The translations under genes were made by a program, and so were the position numbers. The notes below the pieces were generated by a model. That model worked only from the letters and a program-made list of their open reading frames with translations, did no database searches and was not told where the DNA came from. A stretch of DNA of 64,000 nucleotides, from NCBI RefSeq assembly GCF_000143415.4, contig NW_003314295.1, forward strand, positions 186,001 to 250,000. Direction: 5' to 3'. The DNA comes from Selaginella moellendorffii (taxonomy: Eukaryota > Plantae > Lycopodiophyta). Below are positions 1 through 11,700 of the stretch, one piece after another (positions within the stretch are counted from its first letter, which is position 1; every line of letters begins with the position of its first letter).

Positions 1-10
1 ACCATTTGGT

Positions 11-2424
11 TTGTACGAGTTTTTGGTGATGCCGTTTGGTTTGAACAATGCTCCAGCAACTTTCCAGCGGATGATGGATGAGGTCCTTTGCGATATGCCG
101 GAGGTGACTGCTAACTTCATTGATGATGTCTTGATCCACTCGGAGGGGACGTGGGAGGAGCACGTTCGTGATGTTTATAAAGTGTTGGATCAGCTACGCG
201 ACGTTGGTTTAAAGCTGAAGAGGTCAAAGTGCGTGTTTGGGTCCAAGGACACAACTTATCTTGGGTACCGTATTTCTCGTGAGGGTTTGCAAGTTGATCC
301 TGACAAACTTGTGGCTATTCTAAAGTTCCTTACTCCGAAGTGTATGAATGATGTGCAACGCTTTTTGGGTAAGGTGCAGTATCTCGGTCGTTTTGTGGAT
401 CATCTTTCCGATTACACTACACCATTGCGAGCGTTGCTGAAGTCATCAACGTCATCTTTCATCTGGTCTCTGGATTGTGAGAGGCATTCGTGGATCTCAA
501 AGAGCTATTGACGACTCCTCCAGTTTTGGCATATCCTGACTACACTCGACCTTTTATTTTGCGCGTGGATGCTCCTGACATTTGTCTTGGAAGTGTGTTG
601 ATGCAAGAGAGCTCGAGTGTGCCTAGTCAGTGCCATCCCATTGCATACATAAGCCGTACATTACAACCAGCGGAGATGAAGTACTCCACGACGGAGAAGG
701 AGTGTTTAGCAGCAGTCTGGGGTTTCGAGAAACTTCATGCATATCTACATGGTTCTCGGACATTACTTGAAGGTGACCATGCTGCTATTACTTCATTATT
801 GAAGCGGAAGAACCTGGTTGGTCGTACGGCTCGATGGGCTTTGAAACTTCAAATATATGATTTCGATGTTGTTCATCGCCCAGGGAGTTCTATGGCTGAT
901 GCTGATGCCCTTTCTCGAGCTCCTCTTCCTTCTCCACTCACTTATCATGTTTCTGATGAACCTGTTGTTCCAGCATCTGTGGATTTTCTAAATGAGGATT
1001 TTGTGCCATCGGCGGTTGCTGTCCTTGACGTTTAGTGTCCACAGGGCGCAAAGCAAGATCTACCTTCTCTTGATGAGGTTCGCGAGGCTCAAAAGATTGA
1101 GCTGTGGATTCGAAGGCTTCGGGATGGGTTTGAGAATCCTGCATCACTTGCTGATGACTTGCCTTTCCGGCATTTACATTCTCAATATCGTCTTGAAGAT
1201 AGCCTTCTTTATTTTGTGGGGATGGATTCTAATGATCATTTACGGTTGGTGGTGCCTTCGGTGTTTATTCCGCGGTTTCTCCATGCCTACCATGATTCTC
1301 CTGTTCTAGGTGGGCATATGGGACACCGTCGTATCACCGAGAAGCTGCGCAGGTCTTTCTATTGGCCGGAGATGCGACGTGATATTATCCGGTATGTGCG
1401 TAGCTGTGTTTGGTGCCAAGCTCGTAATACTCCCCCTCGTGCTGCGGAAGGACGGTTGGAGTCAATTGCGGTTTCCCGTCCGTTTGAGTTAGTGGCGTTT
1501 GATCTTATGGGACCTTTTCCACGGTCGACTATTGGCAATGAGTATGTTATTATTGCTTCTGAGTACTTGACTCGTTGGGTGGAAGTTGGTGCTCTTGCTA
1601 GTGCCTCTACAACTGCTGTTGGATACTTCCTCCTCAATCGAGTGGTGTTCCAGCATTTTTGTCCAGAGCGGATTCTTTCGGATAATAGTCCCACATTTAT
1701 GGCTGAGGCATTTCATGTTTTGACGTCTCGATTGGGGATATGCCACACTTTCACAAGTGCTTATCATCCACAATCAAACGGTCTAGTGGAACGGCTTGTT
1801 CGGACATTCAAAGGGATGATTGTGAAGTATGTGAACTTTCAACATTCGGATTGGGATGGTTATTTGCTGTCTCTTCGGTATGCATATGTTACAGGGGTGC
1901 AGAGTTCTGTTAGTGCTTTACCATATAAACTCCTATATGGTCATGATCCAATATTACCAACGGAGCTGGGTTTACCTTCGCGATTGCCACGAGCTGCCAA
2001 TGTTAGATCATGGGATTAGTATTTGACGAGCATTCTTCCACTTGTCCGAGCAGAGTCTGCCGAACACTTAGGCCGCGTACAAGTGGGACAACAACGGTGC
2101 TACAACTCCCATCATCATTCACTTGTGGAGTACAAAGTGGATGATTTGGTGTTAGCCCGTTTTCCCCATCTTACGGTATGTGGTTTATTTAAGGGGCTTT
2201 TTGCGCAATGGAAAGGACCATATCGGGTGTTGCGGCAAGTTGGACCACAAGTTTATGAGGTTCGGCATGACGTTCAGCAAGCCGATCCTCCAGAGATTGT
2301 GCATGTGCAACGGCTGAAATGCTTCGTACAAAGGGATCAAGAGGAGTTAATACCACCTACAAATCCACCGATACCTCCTCCTAATGTTCCTCCAGATCCC
2401 GGCCCATTTTCAAGAGAACCCTGA
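11..2424 (+). pseudogene. Disrupted pol (RT/RH/INT) of copy 1
   Basis: 1-nt frameshift near 480. TAG stops at 1033 and 2017, where copy 2 has CAG. Confidence 0.9.
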
Positions 2425-2456
2425 TGGTCTTCCATTATCCCGAGAGGAGGGGATGA

Positions 2457-2631
2457 TGTGAGGGCCAAGTGTACGGTTACGATGTCGTATACTAATATTA
2501 GCATAGTGGGATTTTGGTAGCCGTCGGATTGGTTTCAATCTGGACCACTCGCTCTTGTATATAAGCTAGGGTTTTTGGGCTAATTAATATGTACATTTCT
2601 GTATTCCCTTTCCATATTCCAAGCACTCACA
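2457..2631 (+). repeat. 3' LTR (175 bp, TGTGAG...CTCACA)
   Basis: Follows the PPT; reverse complement of the LTRs at 37469-37643 and 42297-42471. Confidence 0.93.
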
Positions 2632-2749
2632 GTTTCAAATTGGGGGGATTTCAAAAAATAAATTAATGTAGAAAATATAATATATTAATATGTTAATTTT
2701 ATTATTTAATTTAATATTAAATTAATTAGTTTGAGCCAATTTATGACCC

Positions 2750-4225
2750 ATGTAATGAACTTGGCCACAATTCATGTACTTGTAGACAATCCATTTGATT
2801 ATGTTGAATTTATCATGTTTTATTAATTAATAAGTTGACTTAATTATTTAATTTACCTCAAATTAAATAATTTTCTCTAATTAATTAATTTTGCCTCAAT
2901 TTTAAAAAATTAAAAATATAATAGCATTTTGATCCACATTTTCTTCTATATAACCTAGGGTTTTGGAGTAATATAAATATACATATTATACATAGGAGAT
3001 GAAGGGCAATGTTAGGAGTAATTAGATTTATATTTTTTTTATTTAACTTTTGCATTGTTTAGATTTCTTTTATTCTTGTAAATGTTCCATTTCTTTTTTA
3101 TTGCTCTCTTTCATCAAGAGGTTCATTTAATACCTATTTAACCACTTTCTAAGTTTTCTTTATAATAAAAGGTCTATCCTTTTTTGTATTTCCTTATACG
3201 AATTTAAATTTATCTTTCATTGCTCTGTCTGTTACCATATCTTATTGTCTACATTTGCATCATATGGTGAAGCTAGTTTTCACTCTCTATAACAACAACC
3301 ATATGCATATGTATAGCATAAAACAAATTTAGTTGTGTGATCATAAACTTGAGTTTAAATTGTTACGGATAGTGCTAAATCAAAATTTTATTACATGATT
3401 TTTTCATTTGAATAATAATTTTGCAACTTTCCAGTGGATAATAGATAAGTTTCTCTACAATATGCTAAAAATAACTACTAACATTATTATTGATATTTTG
3501 ATCCACTCAAAAGGGACATAATAGGAGTATATATGTCTATAATATCCAAAAGGTGTTAAATTAATTGTGTCAAATTGATTTGAAACTAAAGTAGTCTAAT
3601 TTCTTGTTTGGATCCCAAGATTTATCTTGGGTATTGCATTTCTCACAAAGACATATAAGTTGATCTTGATAGACTTATAATTGTTTTAAAATTTGATAGT
3701 TAGAATCAATTATAATTTCCCATTTATTTGTGCTAATAGTGTTTTACTTAATAAGGCTTTTTTGTGGTTGACTACTGCTAATCCAACTATTTAACCCATT
3801 AGTAGAAGTTGCATTTGTATTTGTTGTTAGATATTTTTTGTCAAATGGTGTTCCAAAGAGAGTGGATCAAATAATGATCCCACACATATGGTTGAAGCAT
3901 TTTACATCTTAATATCTCAACTAAGGAGACACTACATCATTGTGTGTTAATAATTAATAAAATGATGGTTTCATGGAATAAATCATTATGACCTTCAAAG
4001 GGATGATTGCAAAATATATAAAATTTCAATATTTAAATTGGGATGCTTATTTATTATCTTTCTAGCTTGTATATATATTATAGGTATACTCATAATTTTA
4101 TATTGCTAATATAGTTATTTTATATTTACAATTGCCACAAGTTGATAATGTGAGGTTTTGGGATTAGTATTTAACAAGCATTTTTCCATTGGTCCAAGTG
4201 AAGTTTTTAAACACTTAAACTACAT
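2750..4225 (+). mobile_element. Ancient, heavily deleted and AT-shifted relic of the same Gypsy family (copy 3)
   Basis: Colinear remnants: LTR end (TATATAACCTAGGGTTTT ~2947), PBS remnant GGAGATGAAGGGCA (~2995), RT remnant (~3605-3690) and integrase remnants (~3800-4225, e.g. GACCTTCAAAGGGATGATTG). Confidence 0.8.
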
Positions 4226-4418
4226 ATAAATTTCTATTGTATTTGAGTAGAAAGTGGTCCAAATTGAATCCAATCCAGTATTTATTAAAGTTTCACTACA
4301 TTCATGATAATATACAATAATATAACTCCTTTCAGAAGGATAGTCAATACTAGAAGAATATAAAGAGAAGGCACTAGTGCATCCATAGATAATATAATTT
4401 ATTCATGATCCTTTTGTA

Positions 4419-4634
4419 AAGTGCTTTAATTGTTACATATATATAATTTCTGAAAGATTGGTTTCCTGAATGTCATGTTGAATCTTATTAACTTATAACT
4501 CAACTTGTTATAATACTTGATAATCCAAGTGCTTTAATTGTTACATATATATAATTTATGAAAGATTGGTTTCCTGAATGTCATGTTGAATATTATAAAC
4601 TTATAACTCAACTTGTTATAATACTTGATAATCC
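4419..4634 (+). repeat. Tandem duplication, 2 x 108 bp
   Basis: AAGTGCTTTAATTG...TTGATAATCC at 4419-4526 and 4527-4634, about 3 substitutions. Confidence 0.93.
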
Positions 4635-4688
4635 CTTCCATTGGGCAAAAAACCTTTTAAACAGACTATGTATTATAAGATTGGGAAG

Positions 4689-5326
4689 AATGCTATAAGT
4701 TAAATAACAAAATGTTTGAAAACAGATATTACTTTAAAATATTTTATGTGAAGTTAAACTAATTGAATTAAATCTTTAAAATGTTTATAATAACTAGATA
4801 ATAATCCTTATAAGAAACTAATATAATTATCCAGAATTTTATGAATATACACATCTTTAATTTTTAAAGTATATATGGGATTTTGTTAAGCTGTATATAT
4901 AATATTTTGTATATATTGATTTATTTTTACCAAAAAGTGATATAAATATCTCTGAGTTAATTTTAAAGTCAGAAGTATAGTTTATTTTGACAGTTTAAAT
5001 ATTAGATTTATTAATAAATTTCTCTTATAAAAACTTCATTATTAATTTTTATTTTAACAAATTAAAATGTTGAGCAGATCATGAAAATCAACATGTAATT
5101 TATTTCATATGGTATGCATGTACTTTAAAAAGATTTACAAGATTGTTTTTGAACAATGTTTCTATCTTAGTAAGACATCATTAAAAATTTATTTTCATAG
5201 GCCATGAGAGCTGGATTCCTTGCTAGTTAATTAATATATTTTTGAAAAATTATGGTATAAAATTGAACTGGAAACTTTGGCTTGCCGTGTTTTCATTTTT
5301 TAATCATACATTTATATTAGTAAAAC
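4689..5326 (+). repeat. AT-rich block duplicated in direct orientation at 37225-37468 plus 42472-42866
   Basis: Colinear similarity; contains the empty target site TCTC-TGAG-TTAAT of the 37469-42471 insertion. Confidence 0.9.
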
Positions 5327-5572
5327 AGGGTTATAAGCTTTTAGAAGGGGGGAGTTTTTTTTCTGGGGTGGAGAAATTTCCAGGTGAGGCACACATGGAA
5401 CCCCACCCTAACACAAGATATTAGCTTATTCTAAATTCTTATCTAACTAATCCTTAGCACTTCATTGCAGAGAATAGATCTAGTGCAACCTCTCTATTGC
5501 CACACTACAGTTGGGAACTTGAAAATTTAGTTTTGCAATTGTGTGGGAAAATATAATTAAATTATATAGCTA

Positions 5573-5990
5573 CATTACAGAAATTTTCTCCTAGCAAATA
5601 GACTAATGACATTAGCTCTCTTGTGTCAAAGCCTTTTCTTTCTATCTACCAATCTCAAGTGGCAATTATAGAAGCCAGCAATTCCATCTCTAAGATAAAG
5701 AGGGTAATGAGTTGCACTCCATTGCTTTCAAGAACAATATTAGCAAAGATCATTACATGTCTAGGGTGGAAGCTATGGAGTACATGTTGAGCTATGCCCA
5801 AGTAGAAAAAGAGGATGCATGACATTAAGGATGCAAAAGTAGATCCTATGAAGTTTTTGAAACTTTAAATTTGTTTAAATAGAGAACAAAAGAATTCACC
5901 TATCTATACAAAATAGAAGCACTTACAAAGAACATAAACAATTGGAGTTTATGTAAATGCTGCATGGAGGCATTTGCATAGAAGCTACAT
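5573..5990 (+). repeat. Block duplicated in inverted orientation at ~36800-37223
   Basis: GACTAATGACATTAGCTCTCTTGTGTCAA (~5601) matches TTGACACAAGAGAGCTAATGTCATTAGTC (~37167). Confidence 0.88.
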
Positions 5991-6481
5991 ATGACTGTCA
6001 ATATACTCAAATATGGATCAAACTCCCAATTTTATGTATTTTTGCTCTCAACTAATGTGAATAAACAACCTTACTCCTCAATAGTGTGGCTTGTTCACCT
6101 TTGTATAAAAAAGGGGTGTATTTCTATATTTAGAGCCTACTTATCATTTCTAAAAATACCTAAAACACATTGCTTTATTAAGTAGTATATCTATATACTT
6201 GTTCTACAAATAAAATTGAGATATAAAATGAAAACTCAATCTAATGAGTGGTGCTCATAATGTTAATTCATGCTTATAAACAAAATAAATTACCCCATTA
6301 AAATTACCTTTTCGTCTTCTTCTTTTTAGTATTGTAGTGATTACCACTATATGCTATGCATGCTTGTCTAGTCATTTACAAATTTGATGATGTGTGTAGC
6401 AGCCAGAAGTAAAAGCCACAATCATATAGTCAACTTGCAAGAATTTATAAATGAAAAATACTTTTAAAACTATAGGGAAAA

Positions 6482-6825
6482 TGTAATGCATGTGGTTTTG
6501 ACCCTTTATCCTATGGTGATTTACCATAGGAGAACACCAAAAAGTGGAGCCTAAACCCTCTTTATGCCATATGATACATGCCAGATGCAGAACAAAGACA
6601 GACACGCAAGCGGGAGCCTTAGGTTGGTTGGCCATGCTCGACTGACTCACTATCCCTAATATACATTTGGAACCCCCTTATAACCCAGCCACCCCCCCTA
6701 AAGAATACACGCTTTGGGCTTTCACTTTAAGCCTCCCTCAGTATCAGGAGTTAGTATCTGGGACAGGCTTGAAACTTACTAAATATGAAATGGCATTAAA
6801 TTGTGAATTTGGACACGAGACGAGT
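6482..6825 (-). mobile_element. Internally deleted fragment of LTR family B
   Basis: Reverse complement of parts of 34452-35592 (CCCTTTATCCTATGGTGATTTACCATAGG; CGCTTTGGGCTTTCAC). Confidence 0.8.
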
Positions 6826-7170
6826 TTATGTGTTGTGAGTGCTTTACATAACCCACAACAGATTTGATAAGAAAAATAGTTATAAAAAAGAATTATAAAA
6901 AAGAAGTTTCTTAAAAGAAGAACACTACAACCCATATAACAAGAGACTAAACTTATACATTTATGTAACAAGAACGTTAATGTGACCTCTAGGTAGGTGT
7001 TCAAATAGCTAAGGCATCTTCTTTCACTATAAAACTTGTGCCAGAAAACCTGTTGCTATCTATACAAGAAAGATCAAAGTTCAAGAGAAGAAAAATAAGA
7101 GATAAAAAAATGAGAAAAAACAAAAAAAGAAAAGCAAGGTGTTTATACATAAATGGATGTTCTCTAACTG

Positions 7171-8382
7171 GATGTCTGGATTTGGAACCACCACATGCCG
7201 ATCGAACTGACCAGGACGGATAAGCGCCTTGTCGAGAGATTCGGGGAAGTTCGTAGCCGCGATCACTATGATGCCTTCGTTTTGCTTGAAACCGTTCAGC
7301 TCCACCAGCATGTACTGTTGGTCCTTGGGATTTCAGCTCCCACCTATTGCATCAATTTCGTCCATGAAGATTATGCATGGCGAGTGCTTGCGAATAAGTC
7401 CCGCACTCGCCGAGCACCACATCCGACGAACACTTCCTCGAACTCGCTCCCGCTGCAATAGAAAAACGGTACCCCTGCTTCACCAGCAGTTGCCCGAGCC
7501 AGCATCGTCTTTCCAGTCGCTGCATTGCAAGCCATGCTCTACGATGCTTACCTTTGCTGAGGCCCTTATAATGGCCCCAACGCCAGAGAGAAGGAGAAAG
7601 CCCAGAGCCAAGGTTCGAACAGTCCGCCACACTTGAACTCTAAAACCTCCTTCGGACGTGACCATGTGGATTGGCGCACTGGGAGAGCCCAAAATTCCGT
7701 CTTTCGTGGCTGCTCCTACTGCCGGAAATGCCGAAGACATGATCGGTCGCGCCTCAGCTTGAAAACTTCCTAGCGATGCAGTTGCTCCTACACGGTTTAA
7801 AAGAAAAAAGGAGGATCAGATCCGATAAAGAAAGAGTCACAGCGTTTACCTCTTTGCAGCGTTTTCAACAAGGCACTGTCATCGAGCCTATCGACCTTGA
7901 CGAGAGCTTTGAGATACTCGGCCAAAGCACCGGCGCTGTGCTGCGGAAGTGGTCTACTCTCGAACCACCAAATCACTCCCTCGGGATCCACCTTGTTAAG
8001 ATCTCTTAGAAACTTCACTTGTTTCTCCGAGCATCGGGGCCTCCTTCTCTCTCCAGCTCCTCCAGCCTTCTCGAGAAATTGCTTGTGTAGCTCGACATGC
8101 AGCGTCTCTTGAGGCGATTCAACACGATCCCTGCGCCATCCGAAATTCAAGCGTCATTAGCAACGGGAAGAGGACGAGGGAAATCGGATAGAAAAATGCC
8201 TGCATCCAGCTGCTTCAACACAATCGCGCGTCCCAGCCCATACAAGGATGCCGCCGACACCATCTGCTTGGCGGAGGAGCCTCCCTGTGGTCGAAATCCG
8301 CGGGCAATCAGCGCGGGCGCAGCCATAATGGGAGAGAGGAAAGAGAGCGCCATACCTTCTCCAGCAACTGACGCCATGCCAT
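7171..8382 (-). pseudogene. FTSH4: Mitochondrial i-AAA protease FtsH4-like pseudogene (5' half only, several internal deletions)
   Basis: Start exon MAWRQLLEK; EYLKALVKVDRLDDS; GILGSPSAPIHMV...WRTVRTLALGFLLLSGVGA; Walker A tail TGKTMLARA; Walker [13 protein letters not shown] followed by TGA; [24 protein letters not shown]. No M41 peptidase domain is present. Confidence 0.85.
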
Positions 8383-8722
8383 GCCGCCCGAGCTCCCAAA
8401 ATCGATCCTTCACGCGCTAGGGCGCCCTGGCAGCCACCGCCTCCGCGAGAAGTCCCCAAACCATCAAGAACACGAGAATACCCAGAGGGTTTCAACCCCT
8501 CCTCCTCGCTCCTCAATTTCGTGGCATATTCTCCCGCGTGAGACCGAATATTCTAAAAGTACACATTAAAAAAAAAAAAAAAACCCAGCCTTTTGGCTGG
8601 TTATATAATACAAAGAAAACTGTACATTCTCTTCATTGTAAAAACTGTTGTGCTAACGTTATGGGGGCAGCACCGAGTTTCTTCGTTCTTTAGAATTTCT
8701 TCCACGAAAACCAGTCGATCGA

Positions 8723-11700
8723 TCATCGGTTCTGGAAGTTGAAAACTTTGATGCAGATGGCGAAGCACACCGCGAAGACGACGACGAGGCCGACGTGAAC
8801 TCCGGCCACGACGCCCAAGAAGTCGTGCCTGAACCCAAAGTTGGACCTCAAGAAGCGCTCCACGGTCGTCTCTTCGCCGTCGGCCCGGAACAACGGCGTG
8901 GTGACATCTCCAAGCTGAGACGTGAAGAGGCCGTAGAGAGACCACGCCGGTGGCGAGGCCCAGTAGTACCACCTCCACCACACTGGAATTGCCTGAGAGA
9001 CACCAAGAAACAAACCAAAGTGTTAAGAAATCGGAAAAGAAATGTGTGGAATTCATGAACTTACGGGTCGAGGGATGATGAAGCCAGAGAACAGGTTCCA
9101 GATTGCGTAGAATGCCGAGGATACGATGGCTGCAATCTGGTCGTTCGGTGTCAGCGCCACCGTCACCATGCCGTAGAGCGTGAAGTAGAGGAACGTCATG
9201 TACAAGAAGAAGAGGAACCACAAGAACTTGGCTGCTGTCCATTCCAGCTGCATCGTCGCGTACACAACGAGTCCATACGAGAAGGCTTGCACGAACACGT
9301 AGGGAATCTCGATCAGGACCTGGACGCACAGAGTTTTCCTTGATGAGTCAAACGAAATCTGAAGAGTCGGATGTATGCCTTACCTGAGCAAAAGCATATG
9401 GAAGGGGAGAGTACATTCCAGCGGCTCTTTCTCGATAGTAGACCGTTCGCTCAATAGCAACGACCGGCTGCACTCCTGATGAATTGCTGAACCCAATGAA
9501 GAGCACAGCAGCGTATATAGATCCCATCAGATTAAAGAGGTCTTGTTCTCGTGATCTGCTCACGAGAGAAAGGCAGGAGTCAGAACCAACGCTCGATTGA
9601 ACTAGGCAACGTTTACCTTTTGGAGCCGATGTCCCAAAACATTGTGCCAAATATTATCGCGACAACCAAGGTGAAGAACATGCGAACCAGAACGTAGTAT
9701 GGATTTTTCCAGTATGACTGATGTTGTTTCCACAAGCATCCCATGACCTGTCCGAGGAACGACAGAGGGTATTGCGTTGGAAACCATATGTCCTCCGTGC
9801 CGGGAACCGGAGTGCTCAGCTGAGTAATAATAGCTTCATTGTGCCTAGACACACCAGTGGTTTAGCCAAGAAAGAGATAAGGGTCAAGTGTGCTTACTGG
9901 TAGACTGGAGAAGTTTTATAGATGTCCGCAAAATCTACTCCCAGACGACTCTCCACGTCTGCAGCGGTAACCTCTAACATCCATGTAGCTGGATTGTATC
10001 CTTCTCTTATGTTAGGAACACCGCTAATACCCTGGGGAAATTAATCCATATAAATCATCTCAAGTCTGCAAGAACAAAGCAAGCGACTTACCTGGAAGTA
10101 TTCAACAAGTTTGTGCGAGTTCTTTCCCAAGGAACCTGCGTAGATAACGCGCCCTCCGCGTTTCATCAACAGAAGCTGGAGAAAGCAGGCAGGTTTTCAA
10201 GAGAGTTTGCAAGGTAATAATCGCGTACCTCATCGAAGGCCTCAAAAATGTCAATGCTAGGCTGATGAATGGTGCAGACGACAGTGCGACCGGTGTCGAC
10301 AGTGTTCCGGACCGTTCTCATGACAATTGCTGCCGCTCGTGCATCCAGTCCGGAAGTTGGCTCGTCCATGAAAATAATTGAAGGATTTGCAACGAGCTCC
10401 ACGGCAATTGTCAGTCGTTTCCGCTGCTCGGTCGAAAGTCCATCAACTCCAGGGAGACCAACCAACGCATCCCGGAGAGGGTTAAGCTCTACAAGCTCCA
10501 TAACTTCTTCCACAAACATCTGTTCCAAAACTCACCTTAGAAAACTTGACTACGAAAAACATCTCTCTCCTTACCTTTTTCGTCCCCTTATCAATGTCAT
10601 CCGATAGTCGGAGCCAAGCAGAATAAACCAGTGACTCGTACACTGTAACGTTGGGTGAATGAATGTCAGTTTGTTCGCAATAACCCGAAATCCTAGCAAA
10701 AGTAGCCTGGTTTTTGGGATAGCCGGAGATGCGAATGTCGCCTTCAATGTAGCCACCAGTTTTACGCCCGGCTAAAACATCCATGAGAGTTGTCTTTCCA
10801 GCACCGCTTACACCGACAAGAGCCGTGAGAACTCCAGGCCTGAAGCTACTGCTTACGTCGTGCAGCAACTGTAATCTATTTTCTGTCACGCCTTGTTGCT
10901 TCATTTCCTGTTACAAGTACATTAGAACTCAATATCCTACAAAGGAAATGCGTAAAAGCATACCGCGGGCATGTCAACGTAGTAGTTAACATGATTGAAT
11001 GACATTGCTAAAGGTTGAAACGGGAGTATCATTCCCCTTTTAGAATCGGCACCCATTCGACCAGACGTAAGCTCCAAATCTCCTGGCATTCGATGTTAGA
11101 CCATATAATGAAATTTGTGATGGCGCCATTACCTGCATTAGAAGATCTGCCGGATCGCTTTGATTTTGCATGCACTGATCTTTCTGAGACTTCGCCGGTA
11201 CGATTCATGTTCTGCTCTTCTAGTATTTCCTCAGACACTACGGCCTGCGGTTTCCCAGGAGCTGTTTGAATATAAAAAATGAGTACCTACATGGAGAAAA
11301 GAAATAGATTCCTACGTACCGCTGAAGTAAGCGAGTGCCAAAGTGAAAACAACGTTGAAGAGAATGGCATAAGCCAACTGAGCACCAGTTCCAAGCCAAT
11401 ACCAGTTTTTATTGGGGAGCAGGCCTCGAGACTCTAGAACTTGGTTGCCAACGGTGGTGGTCTGATTGGCATTTTCGAGAATCTGCCATCTTGATGCACT
11501 GAACTCGTTCACGGCAAGCGCATTCTGTGCGTACATCATGGGCGACGACCAATATCCCCAAATCCACCAAGGTTCAACGTCCTCTGGAAATTAAAGACCA
11601 TTATAAGTTGTGCTACCTGAGTATAGTCAATGGATTACCTCTAGAAAGAAGAAAACCACCGAGGACAAGAACTATCAGCAGCGTGAAAGAGCCGAAGGTG

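Larger units (their letters stand above)
1..2631 (+). mobile_element. Ty3/Gypsy LTR retrotransposon, 3' part (RT-RNaseH-integrase, PPT, 3' LTR); short-LTR non-chromovirus family, copy 1
   Basis: RT motifs VMPFGLNNAPATFQ/FIDD; RNase H YSTTEKECLA; integrase HHCC, DDE core and GPY motif. PPT GAGAGGAGGGGA at ~2442-2453. Near-identical to the element at 37469-42471. Confidence 0.95.

Noticed and set aside
8568-8583. Poly(A) tail of a retroposed insert
   Set aside because: There is no TSD, and the neighbouring genes retain introns and lie on the opposite strand; it is likely a simple homopolymer.
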